DNA from: Synechococcales cyanobacterium VAR_4_metabat_354
GTDB taxonomy: Bacteria > Cyanobacteriota > Cyanobacteriia > Cyanobacteriales > Chamaesiphonaceae
Direction: 5' to 3'
Length of the DNA: 64,000 nt
Assembly (NCBI GenBank): GCA_031414775.1
Contig: JANOQI010000036.1
Location: 73,033 to 137,032, forward strand
This document shows positions 63,885 to 64,000 of the stretch, piece after piece (within the stretch, counting starts at the first letter, position 1; each line of letters starts with the position of its first letter). A program made the position numbers and the translations under genes. The notes beneath the pieces were generated by a model. The model was not told where the DNA came from and ran no database searches. It worked only from the letters and a program-made list of their open reading frames with translations.

Positions 63885-64000
63885 GTGCGATTCGTTGAAG
63901 TAAGAATCACGGTGTAAGCCCGTACATATTACTTCCAAGCTGGCTACGAAACATGTAGCACCGTAAGGCTTGAACTATCCGATTGATGAAGGTGTAAGTC
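63885..64000 (+). mobile_element. Probable 5' end of a group II intron (continues past window)
   Basis: Starts GTGCGATTCGTT (GUGYG consensus, typical of cyanobacterial IIB introns), followed by non-coding sequence. Confidence 0.55.

Overview
Cyanobacterial chromosomal window (abundant CGATCG/GCGATCGC HIP1-type sites; petG, cytM, ycf51, sigF, sufR, cyanobacterial hfq). 1-3 kb: Uma2 (DUF820) nuclease paralogs and relics. 3.3-20.5 kb: five large secreted DUF11-type proteins. Each ends in the same ~190-210 aa domain, which looks like a DUF11/isopeptide Ig fold missing its last Asn-bearing strands, and two of them begin with exactly that missing 'IxNQATG...SNVV' element. This suggests a covalently cross-linked, strand-complemented surface fibre with interchangeable adhesin caps (best candidate for a new system; inference). 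20.5-53 kb: mostly housekeeping genes (sufU, sigF, monomeric icd, dapF, hfq, tpiA, pnp, hisH, rsmD, petG, cytM, ndbB, UvrD helicase, kinase/SBP pair, MazF-type TA), plus a 1.85 kb AT-rich gap holding a motif array and an IS605-derived mini-element. 52-61 kb: sufR-sufBCDS, interrupted by a foreign-looking DUF262 + HEPN + Uma2 cassette. The end holds a SWIM-gene relic next to a MITE, bioA, an IS3 stub, a DUF900 hydrolase and the probable 5' end of a group II intron. No rRNA, tRNA or CRISPR array seen. All family calls are by motif recognition, not database searches.
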